DNA from: a virus
DNA length: 64,000 bases
Reading direction: 5' to 3' (one strand)
IMG/VR virus record: IMGVR_UViG_3300021960_009431
The notes beneath the pieces were generated by a model. That model was not told where the DNA came from. It searched no databases and was given only the letters and a program-made list of their open reading frames with translations. This document shows, one piece after another, positions 1-8,581 of this stretch; position 1 is the first letter of the stretch, and each line of letters opens with the position of its first letter. Made by a program: the position numbers and the translations under genes.

Positions 1-1
1 T

Positions 2-643
2 TCAAATTATTTAACTGATGATCAAGCATTACAAGAAGTAAAAGAATTATTTGGAGAAGATATTACTTCGCCTAGACAATTTTCTTTTGAGGCAGGTAGA
101 TATAAAGAGGTGTGGAAAAATAATTGTATAGCTATAGGACTATCACAAGGCTTTATTGAACCGTTAGAAGCCACATCAATATATGTTTCTTGTGTTTCGT
201 TAATTACCGCACTATCAAACTTCTATAAATTAGAAAAGAGAGATCAACTTTTTATAGATGAATACAATAATATATTTGCAAAAAGAATGCAAGAAATATT
301 AGATTTTATCTATTTTCATTACATAACAGATAGAACTGATACTGATTTTTGGAAACACTTTACTATTAGAAATAAAGTTCCTGACTCATTAAAAGAAAAA
401 TTATCAACATGGCAAAAAAGATTACCAGTTGAATCTGATTTAAATCATAAAGCAATTTTTGGATTACATAGTTGGTTAATGATTGGTACGGGTAATAATT
501 TTATAAACAAAGACCGTTACCAACAAGAAATATTTGACTATAATAACTTTAATATCAATATCGAAGAGTATAATAAAAGAAAAGAACGTGCTGTTAATGA
601 TAGCATATTACACAAAGATTTTTTAAATATATTAAAAAAGTAG
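2..643 (+). CDS. prnA: Tryptophan halogenase-like flavin-dependent halogenase, C-terminal part (5' end outside window)
   Basis: Frame is open from position 2 (SNYLTDDQAL...FEAGRYKEVWKNNCIAIGLSQGFIEPLEATSI...HY.TDRTDTDFW). The GLSxGFxEPLEAT and HY-x3-RxDTxFW motifs are typical of PrnA. Confidence 0.85.
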   Translation, partial: SNYLTDDQALQEVKELFGEDITSPRQFSFEAGRYKEVWKNNCIAIGLSQGFIEPLEATSIYVSCVSLITALSNFYKLEKRDQLFIDEYNNIFAKRMQEILDFIYFHYITDRTDTDFWKHFTIRNKVPDSLKEKLSTWQKRLPVESDLNHKAIFGLHSWLMIGTGNNFINKDRYQQEIFDYNNFNINIEEYNKRKERAVNDSILHKDFLNILKK

Positions 644-672
644 TTGCCTTTTATTTCATTTGTTCCTATAAT
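644..672 (+). promoter_or_regulatory. Sigma70-type (early) promoter TTGCCT-N17-TATAAT
   Basis: TTGCCT 644-649, 17-nt spacer, TATAAT 667-672. Same architecture at 2305, 51314, 53621 and 36771(-). Confidence 0.7.
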
Positions 673-700
673 ATGGTATAAAATGAAATAAGGATTTATT

Positions 701-1270
701 ATGAATAATGTGATATTAACAGATGCCGATGGCGTACTTCTTAACTGGGAGTACGCCTTCGATTGTTGGATGGAAGAGAAAGGTTATACACCTTTAACTC
801 GAGACATCTATGATGTAAATTCTCGATATGGATTAGATAAAGAAGAAAAAGATTTACTAGTGAGGTCTTTTAACGAGTCAGCTGCAATTGGCTTTCTTCC
901 TCCTCTACGTGATGCTATTCATTATGTGCGTAAGCTACATGAAGAGCATGGTTATATTTTTCGAGTAATTACATCGCTTAGTCTCAATAAGCATGCTGGA
1001 CGTCTTCGTCAGAAGAACTTATTTAAGTTGTTTGGTACTGCTATTGATGACGTTCTGTGCTTGGATACAGGTGCAGATAAAGACGAAGCTTTAGCACCTT
1101 ATAAAGATTCAGGTATGATTTGGATCGAAGATAAGCCTGAGAATGCTGATCTTGGTGCTGAGCTTGGTCTTACATCTTATTTGATTGAACATAAACATAA
1201 TATGAATCATGATAACAATGATGTTACTATCGTAAAGAACTGGAAAGAGCTTTATGAGTTGATCTCCTAG
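701..1270 (+). CDS. HAD-superfamily 5'-nucleotidase-like protein (T4 gp30.2-like)
   Basis: N-terminal DxDGVL motif and WIEDK motif IV. Confidence 0.7.
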   Translation: MNNVILTDADGVLLNWEYAFDCWMEEKGYTPLTRDIYDVNSRYGLDKEEKDLLVRSFNESAAIGFLPPLRDAIHYVRKLHEEHGYIFRVITSLSLNKHAGRLRQKNLFKLFGTAIDDVLCLDTGADKDEALAPYKDSGMIWIEDKPENADLGAELGLTSYLIEHKHNMNHDNNDVTIVKNWKELYELIS

Positions 1271-1306
1271 TATGGTAAAAATACCATACTTTTTATTTAT
1301 TTTTTA
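1269..1306 (+). terminator. Intrinsic terminator
   Basis: AGTATGGTA-aaaa-TACCATACT stem followed by a T-rich run. Confidence 0.6.
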
Positions 1307-1350
1307 GTTTCAGGGAAAAAATAAACCTATACTACTAAATAAAATTGTTA

Positions 1351-1608
1351 ACGTTGAAGCAACGTAGACGTATTCTGGACCTGGGGGCGGTACCCAGCAG
1401 CTCCACCAAGTGTACATTTAATGAGTGTATAGTTGATGGGGCTGAAATAGGATCGACAGGTGCGAAAGTGAAGTGGAGTTAACCGGATGACTGCGTTATT
1501 GGTCAACAACTACAAATGCAAACGATAATTTTGCACCATCTGGTTATGCACTAGCTGCATAGGCACAGGGGGAGGCCACTGCCTAGCAACAGAAGTGTGG
1601 CGTTCAAC
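1351..1608 (+). ncRNA. ssrA: Circularly permuted (two-piece) tmRNA, alphaproteobacterial type; tag (A)ANDNFAPSGYALAA
   Basis: Acceptor piece: T-arm CTGGG-GGCGGTA-CCCAG, then CAGCTCC-A-CCA ending at 1408. Intervening spacer 1409-1437. Coding piece begins GGGGCTGAAATAGGATCGAC at 1438 and pairs with CAGCTCC including a G3.U70 pair. Tag ORF 1518-1562 (GCA AAC GAT AAT TTT ... GCT GCA TAG). 3' TAGCAACAGAA motif. Outer ends approximate. Confidence 0.93.
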
Positions 1609-1625
1609 TATAAGAGGAGATCATT

Positions 1626-1859
1626 ATGGAAGTTCTAAACAAAGTAAAATCATGGGCAGGTGCTCTAGCTGAGGTTGGTCTTAGCGTAGCAGCTCTTGCA
1701 ATCATACTAGAAGTCCTAGGTATGGGTAACATGCCATTCATGCCAGAAGGTATGAGCGTAGTAGATAATGTTTCAGCTATGATATCAGGTCTAGGTTCAC
1801 AAGGTGTGATGGGTTTGATCGCTGTTTGGGTTCTATATGAAATCTGGAATCGTAAATAA
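1626..1859 (+). CDS. Small two-helix membrane protein
   Basis: GAGGAG RBS; two hydrophobic segments. Confidence 0.75.
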   Translation: MEVLNKVKSWAGALAEVGLSVAALAIILEVLGMGNMPFMPEGMSVVDNVSAMISGLGSQGVMGLIAVWVLYEIWNRK

Positions 1860-1875
1860 TAAGAAAGAACGATAA

Positions 1876-2250
1876 ATGAAAGTTTTAACTACAGCTGCAG
1901 TTGCAGCTACTTTTTTAACTACTGCAGCTTATGCTGTAGACCTGGGTAACGGATTGACTGTAGGTGGTGAGCTGGATGCTCATTGGGCAGTTGATGCTGA
2001 AGCACTGTCAATGACATTAACACCTGAAATTGGTTATAATGCATGGGGTAATGATTTTACTGCGTCTACAGATTTGGATGTATACAAAAATGAAGATGTA
2101 GTTATTGGTGATGCATTTGACTCACTAGTAGTTGACTTCAAAGTGACACGTCCATGGATGTCAAATATTGAATTGTATGGGGAAACTTCTTGGGATTTCG
2201 ATGCTGAAGAGCGTGGAGAGATTTCAGTAGGTGCAACATTCTCATTTTAA
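1876..2250 (+). CDS. Secreted outer-membrane beta-barrel/porin-like protein
   Basis: Sec signal peptide ending AYA; amphipathic beta strands; C-terminal VGATFSF beta-signal with terminal Phe. Confidence 0.65.
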   Translation: MKVLTTAAVAATFLTTAAYAVDLGNGLTVGGELDAHWAVDAEALSMTLTPEIGYNAWGNDFTASTDLDVYKNEDVVIGDAFDSLVVDFKVTRPWMSNIELYGETSWDFDAEERGEISVGATFSF

Positions 2251-2268
2251 TTTATAGATAAACAAATG

Positions 2269-2293
2269 AAAAGGGGCTCAGGCCCCTTTTTTT
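2269..2293 (+). terminator. Intrinsic terminator
   Basis: AAAAGGGGC-tcag-GCCCCTTTT followed by a T run. Confidence 0.85.
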
Positions 2294-2304
2294 GTATAAA
2301 ACAG

Positions 2305-2333
2305 TTGCCTTCTGTTGTGAATTATATTATTAT
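2305..2333 (+). promoter_or_regulatory. Sigma70-type promoter TTGCCT-N17-TATTAT
   Basis: Preceded by TAAAACAG, exactly as in the uvsY promoter at 51306. Confidence 0.6.
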
Positions 2334-2358
2334 AATATAACGAGCAGGAGAGAAAAAA

Positions 2359-2880
2359 ATGAAATACTTGGTAAAAGTACTTTCAGCTATTTTAATAGCT
2401 GTGTCATCTACTTTTTTATTTGCAACTACTAATATTGTATTAGCAGATGCTGAAAAAAGAGGGATGGATAAAAATGAAATAGAGTGTCTTGCACTTAATA
2501 TCTATTTCGAAACTAGCGCAGTATCTTTAGCAGACGCAATTGCAGTTTCAGATGTTGTAATGAATAGAATCAACTCAACACGTTACCCTGATACTGTTTG
2601 TGAAGTAGTGAAGCAAGGGCATAAACATCCTAACGGTGCAATGAAGAGACATCAATGTCAGTTTAGTTGGTATTGTGATGGTAAATCCGATACACCAAAT
2701 AATTATGAAGCTTGGGAAAGATCTAGAACAGTAGCTTATGATATGTATATAAACAAAACATATATTGGTATTACTGAAGGCTCTACCCATTATCATGCTA
2801 ACTATGTTTCACCAGCTTGGGCTAAGCAATTACAAAGAATTACTCGAGTAGGTTCTCATATCTTTTATAGGCAGAATTAA
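2359..2880 (+). CDS. SleB-like cell wall hydrolase (Hydrolase_2)
   Basis: CLALNIYFE, VVMNR, YPDTVCEVV, CQFSW, THYHANYVSPAW and HIFY motifs; N-terminal signal/anchor. Confidence 0.9.
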   Translation: MKYLVKVLSAILIAVSSTFLFATTNIVLADAEKRGMDKNEIECLALNIYFETSAVSLADAIAVSDVVMNRINSTRYPDTVCEVVKQGHKHPNGAMKRHQCQFSWYCDGKSDTPNNYEAWERSRTVAYDMYINKTYIGITEGSTHYHANYVSPAWAKQLQRITRVGSHIFYRQN

Positions 2881-3659
2881 TGAAGTATGTTTTAGTGACT
2901 GGAGGATTTGATCCTCTGCATTCTGGTCATATTGAATATTTTAAAGCAGCGAAAAATCTAGGACATAAACTTATTGTAGGTTTAAACTCAGATGAATGGT
3001 TAACAAGAAAAAAAGGTAAACCTTTCTTGCCGTTTGAAGAAAGAGCAGCTATAATAAAAGAATTACAGATGGTTGATGAAGTCATCAAGTTCATTGATAA
3101 AGATGATACAGCTTGTAATGCTATCTATAAAGCTCTAACTATAGCAGGAAGTCATAATGATGTTATTTTTGCTAATGGTGGAGATAGAGAAAATAATAAT
3201 ACACCTGAATATAAATTATACAAAAATACATACGGTTTGAAATTTGCTTGGGGTGTTGGTGGTAACGATAAAATTAATTCGTCTAGCTGGATTTTAGATG
3301 AATGGAAAACTCAAAAGACTGAGCGTGATTGGGGTTACTGGAGAGTATTAGACGATAAGCAACCTGATGTAGGTATTAAAGTAAAAGAATTAGTTATTGA
3401 ACCAGGTTGTAACTTAAGTGATCAAAAGCATTACAGTCGTTCAGAGCACTGGTATATTCTTGAAGGCGATTTACAAATCGATTTAGAATATCCAAATGGG
3501 GAATGGCAAATACAGATGTTATCTCAACATACTACATTTGTAATACCTCAAGGCACATGGCATAAAACAACTAATATAGGTAAAACAAAAGCTCACATTC
3601 TCGAAGTTCAATATGGAGAGAAATGTGTAGAGGAGGATATAGAGCGTAGAAATGGTTGA
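2880..3659 (+). CDS. Cytidylyltransferase (RfaE/TagD-like) fused to a mannose-6-phosphate isomerase-type cupin
   Basis: GGFDPLHSGH (HxGH) and ANGGDR; C-terminal ERDWG...Q.H..RSEHW...EVQYG...EEDIER. Confidence 0.85.
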   Translation: MKYVLVTGGFDPLHSGHIEYFKAAKNLGHKLIVGLNSDEWLTRKKGKPFLPFEERAAIIKELQMVDEVIKFIDKDDTACNAIYKALTIAGSHNDVIFANGGDRENNNTPEYKLYKNTYGLKFAWGVGGNDKINSSSWILDEWKTQKTERDWGYWRVLDDKQPDVGIKVKELVIEPGCNLSDQKHYSRSEHWYILEGDLQIDLEYPNGEWQIQMLSQHTTFVIPQGTWHKTTNIGKTKAHILEVQYGEKCVEEDIERRNG

Positions 3660-3876
3660 AATAATGAACACACAAGCTTTTTCAATGAAAATTGAACAAG
3701 TTGTTAAAGATAAAAGAATAGGTTATTTCGATGCTGTATTATGGTATTGTGAGCAAAACGAAATAGAAATTGAAACAGGTGCTAAACTAATTAACACTAT
3801 TATAAAGAAAAAGATAGAAGCAGAAGCTTCTGATGCTAATCTACTAAAAGAAAAGTCAGCTAAGTTGCCTGTATAA
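3652..3876 (+). CDS. gp33: Late-promoter transcription coactivator gp33
   Basis: FS.KIE...YFDAVL.YCEQNEIEIE...KIEAEA...LP pattern; T4 synteny 33-59-32. Confidence 0.85.
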   Translation: MVEIMNTQAFSMKIEQVVKDKRIGYFDAVLWYCEQNEIEIETGAKLINTIIKKKIEAEASDANLLKEKSAKLPV

Positions 3877-4490
3877 TGAATAATATATACGAAGGTCTGA
3901 ATGCTTATAAAACTTATCTAGCGATCAGAAACCACTTCAATACTGATTATGATTATTTTAAATATAAAGGAAAGTTGAAAGTATCAAATGACAGTTTCCT
4001 TAAAAGACGTGACAAATTTTTCTTCGCTAAGCTGGAGCGAAATTATCGCAATAACGAGCTCGTCTATTTCTTTGTCGCTAATTTTCTTGATAATGATAGT
4101 AGTTGGTCTGGTTCTTTGGTTGGATCAGAGAGCGAAAAAAAATATTTAGAATGGCGTAAACGTATTGAAAGTTTGAAGTACATCTTTAAGACGGAGTGTG
4201 AAAAAATACAAAATGAAATCGATTATAAAGATATTAACTTCGACGAGTTTTTTAGAGTTTTGGACTCCAATCATCCTCGTCTTCTTAATTGGCAACTTGG
4301 TAGCCATATTAGTCTTGAGACATTTACTATCATGGATGGGATATTAAATTTCACAAAACAGTGGAACTCTCACCTAAAAGATGATATAATGTATTATACA
4401 GTTAGAGATAAATCTAGCAAGTATAAACCTTTCTTACAAGTTGACCTACAAGCTTATAGAAAGATTATGAAGAATGTATTTACTAGCTAA
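3876..4490 (+). CDS. gp59: Helicase loader gp59
   Basis: YKTYLAIRNHF..YDYFKY.GK, RRDKFFF, ISLET and KYKPFL motifs. Confidence 0.9.
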   Translation: MNNIYEGLNAYKTYLAIRNHFNTDYDYFKYKGKLKVSNDSFLKRRDKFFFAKLERNYRNNELVYFFVANFLDNDSSWSGSLVGSESEKKYLEWRKRIESLKYIFKTECEKIQNEIDYKDINFDEFFRVLDSNHPRLLNWQLGSHISLETFTIMDGILNFTKQWNSHLKDDIMYYTVRDKSSKYKPFLQVDLQAYRKIMKNVFTS

Positions 4491-4552
4491 ATACTATTAT
4501 ATTATGATTATTGTGGATAAGAAACTATACATCGCATATATGGAGAATACAT

Positions 4553-5452
4553 ATGACAAGTTCATTCGCAGAGCTTAAATCAGCTCGAAAGACTTCACTC
4601 GAAGCACTTATTTCAGAAACTAATAAACTAAACAGTAATGAAGGTACTGCACGTTCAGTAGATGATCGCTGGTGGAAACCTGAAGTAGATAAAGCAGGTA
4701 ATGGCTATGCTGTTATTCGTTTTCTACCTGCACCTGAAGGTGAAGATATGCCTTGGGTGCGTATCTTTAATCATGGTTTTCAAGGACCAGGTGGTTGGTA
4801 TATTGAAGACTCTTTAACCACTCTTAATAAAAAAGATCCTGTATCTGAACATAATTCTATGCTTTGGAATTCAGGTATTGAATCTAATAAAGATGTTGTA
4901 CGTAAACAGAAACGTCGATTGAATTATTATGCTAACATTTATGTTGTAAAAGATCCTTCTAATCCAGCTAATGAAGGTAAAGTGTTTCTTTACAAGTTCG
5001 GAAAGAAAATCTTTGACAAGCTTAATGAAGCAATGAACCCTGAGTTTGAAGATGAGTCACCAATGAATCCTTTTGATCTATGGGAAGGTGCTAACTTTAA
5101 GCTTAAAATTCGTCAGGTAGAAGGGTATCGTAATTATGATAAGTCAGAGTTTGACTCATCATCCGCATTACTTGATGATGACGATACTATGGAAAAAGTA
5201 TGGAAGTCAGAAAACTCTCTACAAGAGTTTCTAGATCCTAAAAACTTTAAGTCATATGATGAGCTTAAAGCTAAACTAAATCGCGTACTTGGTCTTGATG
5301 GATCATCTGGTAGTACAACTAAAGCAGATGAAATTGAAATCGAAAGTGCTCCAGCTCAAAAAGCTGCTCCTGCACCTTCATTCACATCTAAGACTGATGA
5401 CGATGATGACGACAGTATGTCTTTCTTTGAAAAGTTAGCTGCTGACGACTAA
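4553..5452 (+). CDS. gp32: Single-stranded DNA binding protein gp32
   Basis: DKAGNGYAVIRFLP, HGFQGPGGWYIE, FGKKIFDK motifs and acidic tail. Start moved to ATG 4553, which follows a GGAG RBS. Confidence 0.95.
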   Translation: MTSSFAELKSARKTSLEALISETNKLNSNEGTARSVDDRWWKPEVDKAGNGYAVIRFLPAPEGEDMPWVRIFNHGFQGPGGWYIEDSLTTLNKKDPVSEHNSMLWNSGIESNKDVVRKQKRRLNYYANIYVVKDPSNPANEGKVFLYKFGKKIFDKLNEAMNPEFEDESPMNPFDLWEGANFKLKIRQVEGYRNYDKSEFDSSSALLDDDDTMEKVWKSENSLQEFLDPKNFKSYDELKAKLNRVLGLDGSSGSTTKADEIEIESAPAQKAAPAPSFTSKTDDDDDDSMSFFEKLAADD

Positions 5453-5549
5453 AAAATCCTATGTATGGAAGTGGCCCTCTAACATAGGTCGGTAAAAGCA
5501 CTGGTACCGGATAACCCAGTCGGTTGCTGCATACGTGAAATGCAGATAG

Positions 5550-5580
5550 AAAGAGGGGCACCTAGGAAGGCCCCTCTTTT
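5550..5580. terminator. Bidirectional intrinsic terminator between convergent genes
   Basis: AAAGAGGGGC...GCCCCTCTTTT. Confidence 0.8.
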
Positions 5581-5583
5581 GAT

Positions 5584-8400
5584 TTATGCAAAACGACTCA
5601 TAGCAGCTGAAGTATAACTTGTATCAACTCTTACATTTCTAGCAGCTGCTGTTCTTGCTGCACCGCTACCTCTACCTGCAATCATTTGACTATTATCAAT
5701 ATTATTAACTACAGTAGTAACTGGTACGTTAATTTGATTTGACATCGTTGCTAAACTCATTGCTGAAGGTGTAACTGTTGGTTTATCTATGGTATCTAAA
5801 GAAGCAATAGCAGGTGCACTAGGTAATGAACCTATCTCAAATTCTCCAGCAGGTAGCGGGGCAGTTCTAAATACAGTACCTCCAAGAGTTACTCCACCGC
5901 CTCTTATCATATCATCCCTATAACCTATATTAGTTCCAGCTCCATAAGCACCAGTAGCTGCAGCTGTAAAGTCTTTCTGATCCCTAGATACTTTTGGTAA
6001 AACATTGATTGCAGCTTCAGCAATATCTGCTTGAGACTCAACACCCGGTCCTTCCAAAAACATTGGACTGGGCTGCCGTCCATTTGCTGATGTTCCAGTG
6101 ACTGCTTGAAATTGATTTTTAGCTACTAAAGCTCCTATAATACTGCCATCTGGGTGATCTTGATATTGAGTACGAGCACGGTTTAATATTGACCCCATAA
6201 TCATACCTTTTTCTACTGTATAATCACCGCCGGTTTGAGCTGAAGATTCAGCATAAACTGCTCTAACCAGATAATTTAATTCAACATCAGATACAGGTCG
6301 TCCTAGATATTGTTCTATAGCTTCACGAGGTGTGAGCTCTGCAGAAGGTATTACATCATCTTGAGGCGTAGCTTGAAGATAATCAGAAATTTCTGATTGT
6401 GGAACAAATGTATCATTAAATGTACCTATAGGGTATTGATCATAATTACCAGTCACTGGTAGATCACCACCACCATATATATAATCTGTATCAGAAATAG
6501 CATCAAGAGCATTGTATTCCATACCAGGTGCTACATTACCTTGCATCCCCGGCAGTCTACCCGATGAAACTTTACCAATTGGGTTACTTCCTGGAGCAAA
6601 TCCTAACTCTCTATTAACAGTAGCATCAATAGCTGGTTGCATATCTATTTGATCTTCAGCATCAAGTGCCCATAATAATAAAGATCTAACTATATAATCT
6701 CCACTAATATATCCAGCAATACCAGCAATTGCACCTGTTAGTGGAGCAAATGGACCACCTATTAATGCTCCAGCAGCTGCAGCTAACACACTTACTGTTA
6801 GTCCGGCAAATTCTCCTGACACCATTGCCACTTTTTGAGTAGTACTAAGCGTATCATCTGTTAAAATATAATATGTAGAACCAGCAGCAAATGCAACACT
6901 CAATCCAGGCACTTTACCTAACAGTTTATTTAATTTTGGGTATTTCGAAAGAGCACTTCTCTTAGCATCATCTATTGAAGCAAACGTGCCAGGTTTTTGT
7001 CCACCTGCTCCTGTTGCACCGGGTGCTACTCTATATCTTTGCATTTTTTTATCAAAGACATATCCAGATTGCCTTAACGGTGTTTTTGCAGCGCTTAGAG
7101 CTAAAGCAGCTGCAGTACCCACAGCAGCACTATCCATCAATTTATTAAATTCACCTTCTATAGATTCATCTAAATTTTCATCAATATTAGTATCAGATTC
7201 ATCTTCATTAAATAAATCTGCTATACCTAATCTATTGAATGTATAAGCTGCTATTGCAGTTGCAGCGGTTGCAATAAGAAGACCTTTACTTCTACCTAAC
7301 AATCTAGGTTTTAAAGCTTTAGCTCCTTTTGGAGCTTTTTCTTTACCAGCATTTGCTGCTCCAGCTGCTAAAGCTAAAGGTGTTAAAGCAACTGTACCCA
7401 TTGCTAATGCACTTGCAATCAATGCTCCATATTCTGATAAGGTTTCACTTTCTAAGAAATCAAATAGTTCATCTTCATTGTCAGGTTCAAAGAAATCATC
7501 TAATCCAAAATAATTAAATGCAAAGTAAGCCATTGCACCTGCTAATGGTATTATTAATTTTCCCTTTACACCTTTTGCTCCAAATAAAGATGTAGCTAAT
7601 CTTGCTCCTAAGAAAAGGCTTGTTGCAGTACCTGCATTTACTAAACCTTCACCGGTTATTTCTACTCCAGTTTTTTCTTTAAATATTTTAAAAAATTCAG
7701 TTTCGAAATCAGTTTCTAAAGTTTTAATTCCTTCATCAATTGCATCCGCTACATCTTGATTAGCTTCAGGATTAAAGAATGCATTTAGTCCTAGATAGCC
7801 TAGCATAAAGGTTGCCATAGCGAGAGGAATTGTTTTAAACTTAGCCCCTCCCATTAAGAATGCAACTAAACCAGCTCCTGCAGCGGCGGATGCTACAGGA
7901 TTATTTTGTATAGCGCCTGCTAAACCACCATTACCATCTTCTCCAAAGATTAATGAATCGAATTTATCTCCGGCACTTTTCTTAAATTCATCATATGCCT
8001 CATCACCAGCTAACTCATCTTTAAAATCATCTAATCCAAAATATCTATAAGCTGCTGTCCCAAGTATACCTAATAAACCAGCAGTAATAAGACCTCTTAA
8101 TAGACCACCTCTTGCTGTTGTATCTAGAGAACCAATAGCAGCAGGTCCCGTTTCACTTTCCATTCTAGCTGAAGCTTGTTGTAAACGGTCTTCTTCTCTT
8201 TGTTGTTCAGTTAATCTTAATTCTTCGTCTTCTTTTGCTAAACTATCTACGCGCATTTGTTCAGCGAGAGTATCTGATTGAACAGTAAGAATATCTACGA
8301 CACTTTCTAAGCGCGTATTAGATTGTATAAGAGTACTTCTTATATCTTCGAGTAATGTGGAATTATTTTCCAAATACTCTCTTACTGCGACGTCAGCCAT
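5584..8400 (-). CDS. Tape-measure/hub-like (gp29-like) protein with C-terminal SleB/Hydrolase_2-type lytic domain
   Basis: Long Ala/Gly-rich helical and hydrophobic stretches; LVRAVYAES...ILNRAR...KNQFQAV hydrolase motif; lies downstream of gp26/gp51. Confidence 0.65.
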   Translation of the reverse strand: MADVAVREYLENNSTLLEDIRSTLIQSNTRLESVVDILTVQSDTLAEQMRVDSLAKEDEELRLTEQQREEDRLQQASARMESETGPAAIGSLDTTARGGLLRGLITAGLLGILGTAAYRYFGLDDFKDELAGDEAYDEFKKSAGDKFDSLIFGEDGNGGLAGAIQNNPVASAAAGAGLVAFLMGGAKFKTIPLAMATFMLGYLGLNAFFNPEANQDVADAIDEGIKTLETDFETEFFKIFKEKTGVEITGEGLVNAGTATSLFLGARLATSLFGAKGVKGKLIIPLAGAMAYFAFNYFGLDDFFEPDNEDELFDFLESETLSEYGALIASALAMGTVALTPLALAAGAANAGKEKAPKGAKALKPRLLGRSKGLLIATAATAIAAYTFNRLGIADLFNEDESDTNIDENLDESIEGEFNKLMDSAAVGTAAALALSAAKTPLRQSGYVFDKKMQRYRVAPGATGAGGQKPGTFASIDDAKRSALSKYPKLNKLLGKVPGLSVAFAAGSTYYILTDDTLSTTQKVAMVSGEFAGLTVSVLAAAAGALIGGPFAPLTGAIAGIAGYISGDYIVRSLLLWALDAEDQIDMQPAIDATVNRELGFAPGSNPIGKVSSGRLPGMQGNVAPGMEYNALDAISDTDYIYGGGDLPVTGNYDQYPIGTFNDTFVPQSEISDYLQATPQDDVIPSAELTPREAIEQYLGRPVSDVELNYLVRAVYAESSAQTGGDYTVEKGMIMGSILNRARTQYQDHPDGSIIGALVAKNQFQAVTGTSANGRQPSPMFLEGPGVESQADIAEAAINVLPKVSRDQKDFTAAATGAYGAGTNIGYRDDMIRGGGVTLGGTVFRTAPLPAGEFEIGSLPSAPAIASLDTIDKPTVTPSAMSLATMSNQINVPVTTVVNNIDNSQMIAGRGSGAARTAAARNVRVDTSYTSAAMSRFA

Positions 8401-8581
8401 TTTGCTCTCTCTGTTTCTCTATTTTTTCTAGATAGGTTTTTAACATATCAATATAAACATCACGCTCAAAAGGTATCATATTTTCTATTTCTTCTAACGA
8501 ATATTTATGATGTTGCATCAAATTAAAATTCGTATAGTACATGTTCGCTAAGCTGTTATGGCTTAGCGCTACATAAAAAAA
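8393..8581 (-). CDS. gp51: Baseplate hub assembly catalyst gp51 (start uncertain: ATG 8542 or entry by -1 frameshift from gp26)
   Basis: TNFNLMQHHKYSLEEIENMIPFERDVY motif. Confidence 0.85.
   Translation of the reverse strand, partial: FFYVALSHNSLANMYYTNFNLMQHHKYSLEEIENMIPFERDVYIDMLKTYLEKIEKQREQNG
8546..8581 (-). promoter_or_regulatory. Putative programmed -1 ribosomal frameshift signal
   Basis: Minus strand: T TTT TTT slippery heptamer, 6-nt spacer ATGTAG, perfect 8-bp hairpin CGCTAAGC-cataaca-GCTTAGCG. Confidence 0.65.

Noticed and set aside
1378-1408. Apparent tRNA-Ala 3' half / attP-like fragment
   Set aside because: Explained as the acceptor piece of the permuted tmRNA; its 5' partner and tag ORF lie downstream
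4511-4552. 14-aa N-terminal extension of gp32 in the ORF track
   Set aside because: GGAG RBS and family N-terminus point to ATG 4553
5470-5560. Possible twister/hammerhead/HDV ribozyme (GCCCTC-TAAC...GAGGGGC)
   Set aside because: Conserved catalytic core sequences could not be matched by eye; kept only as an unclassified structured element
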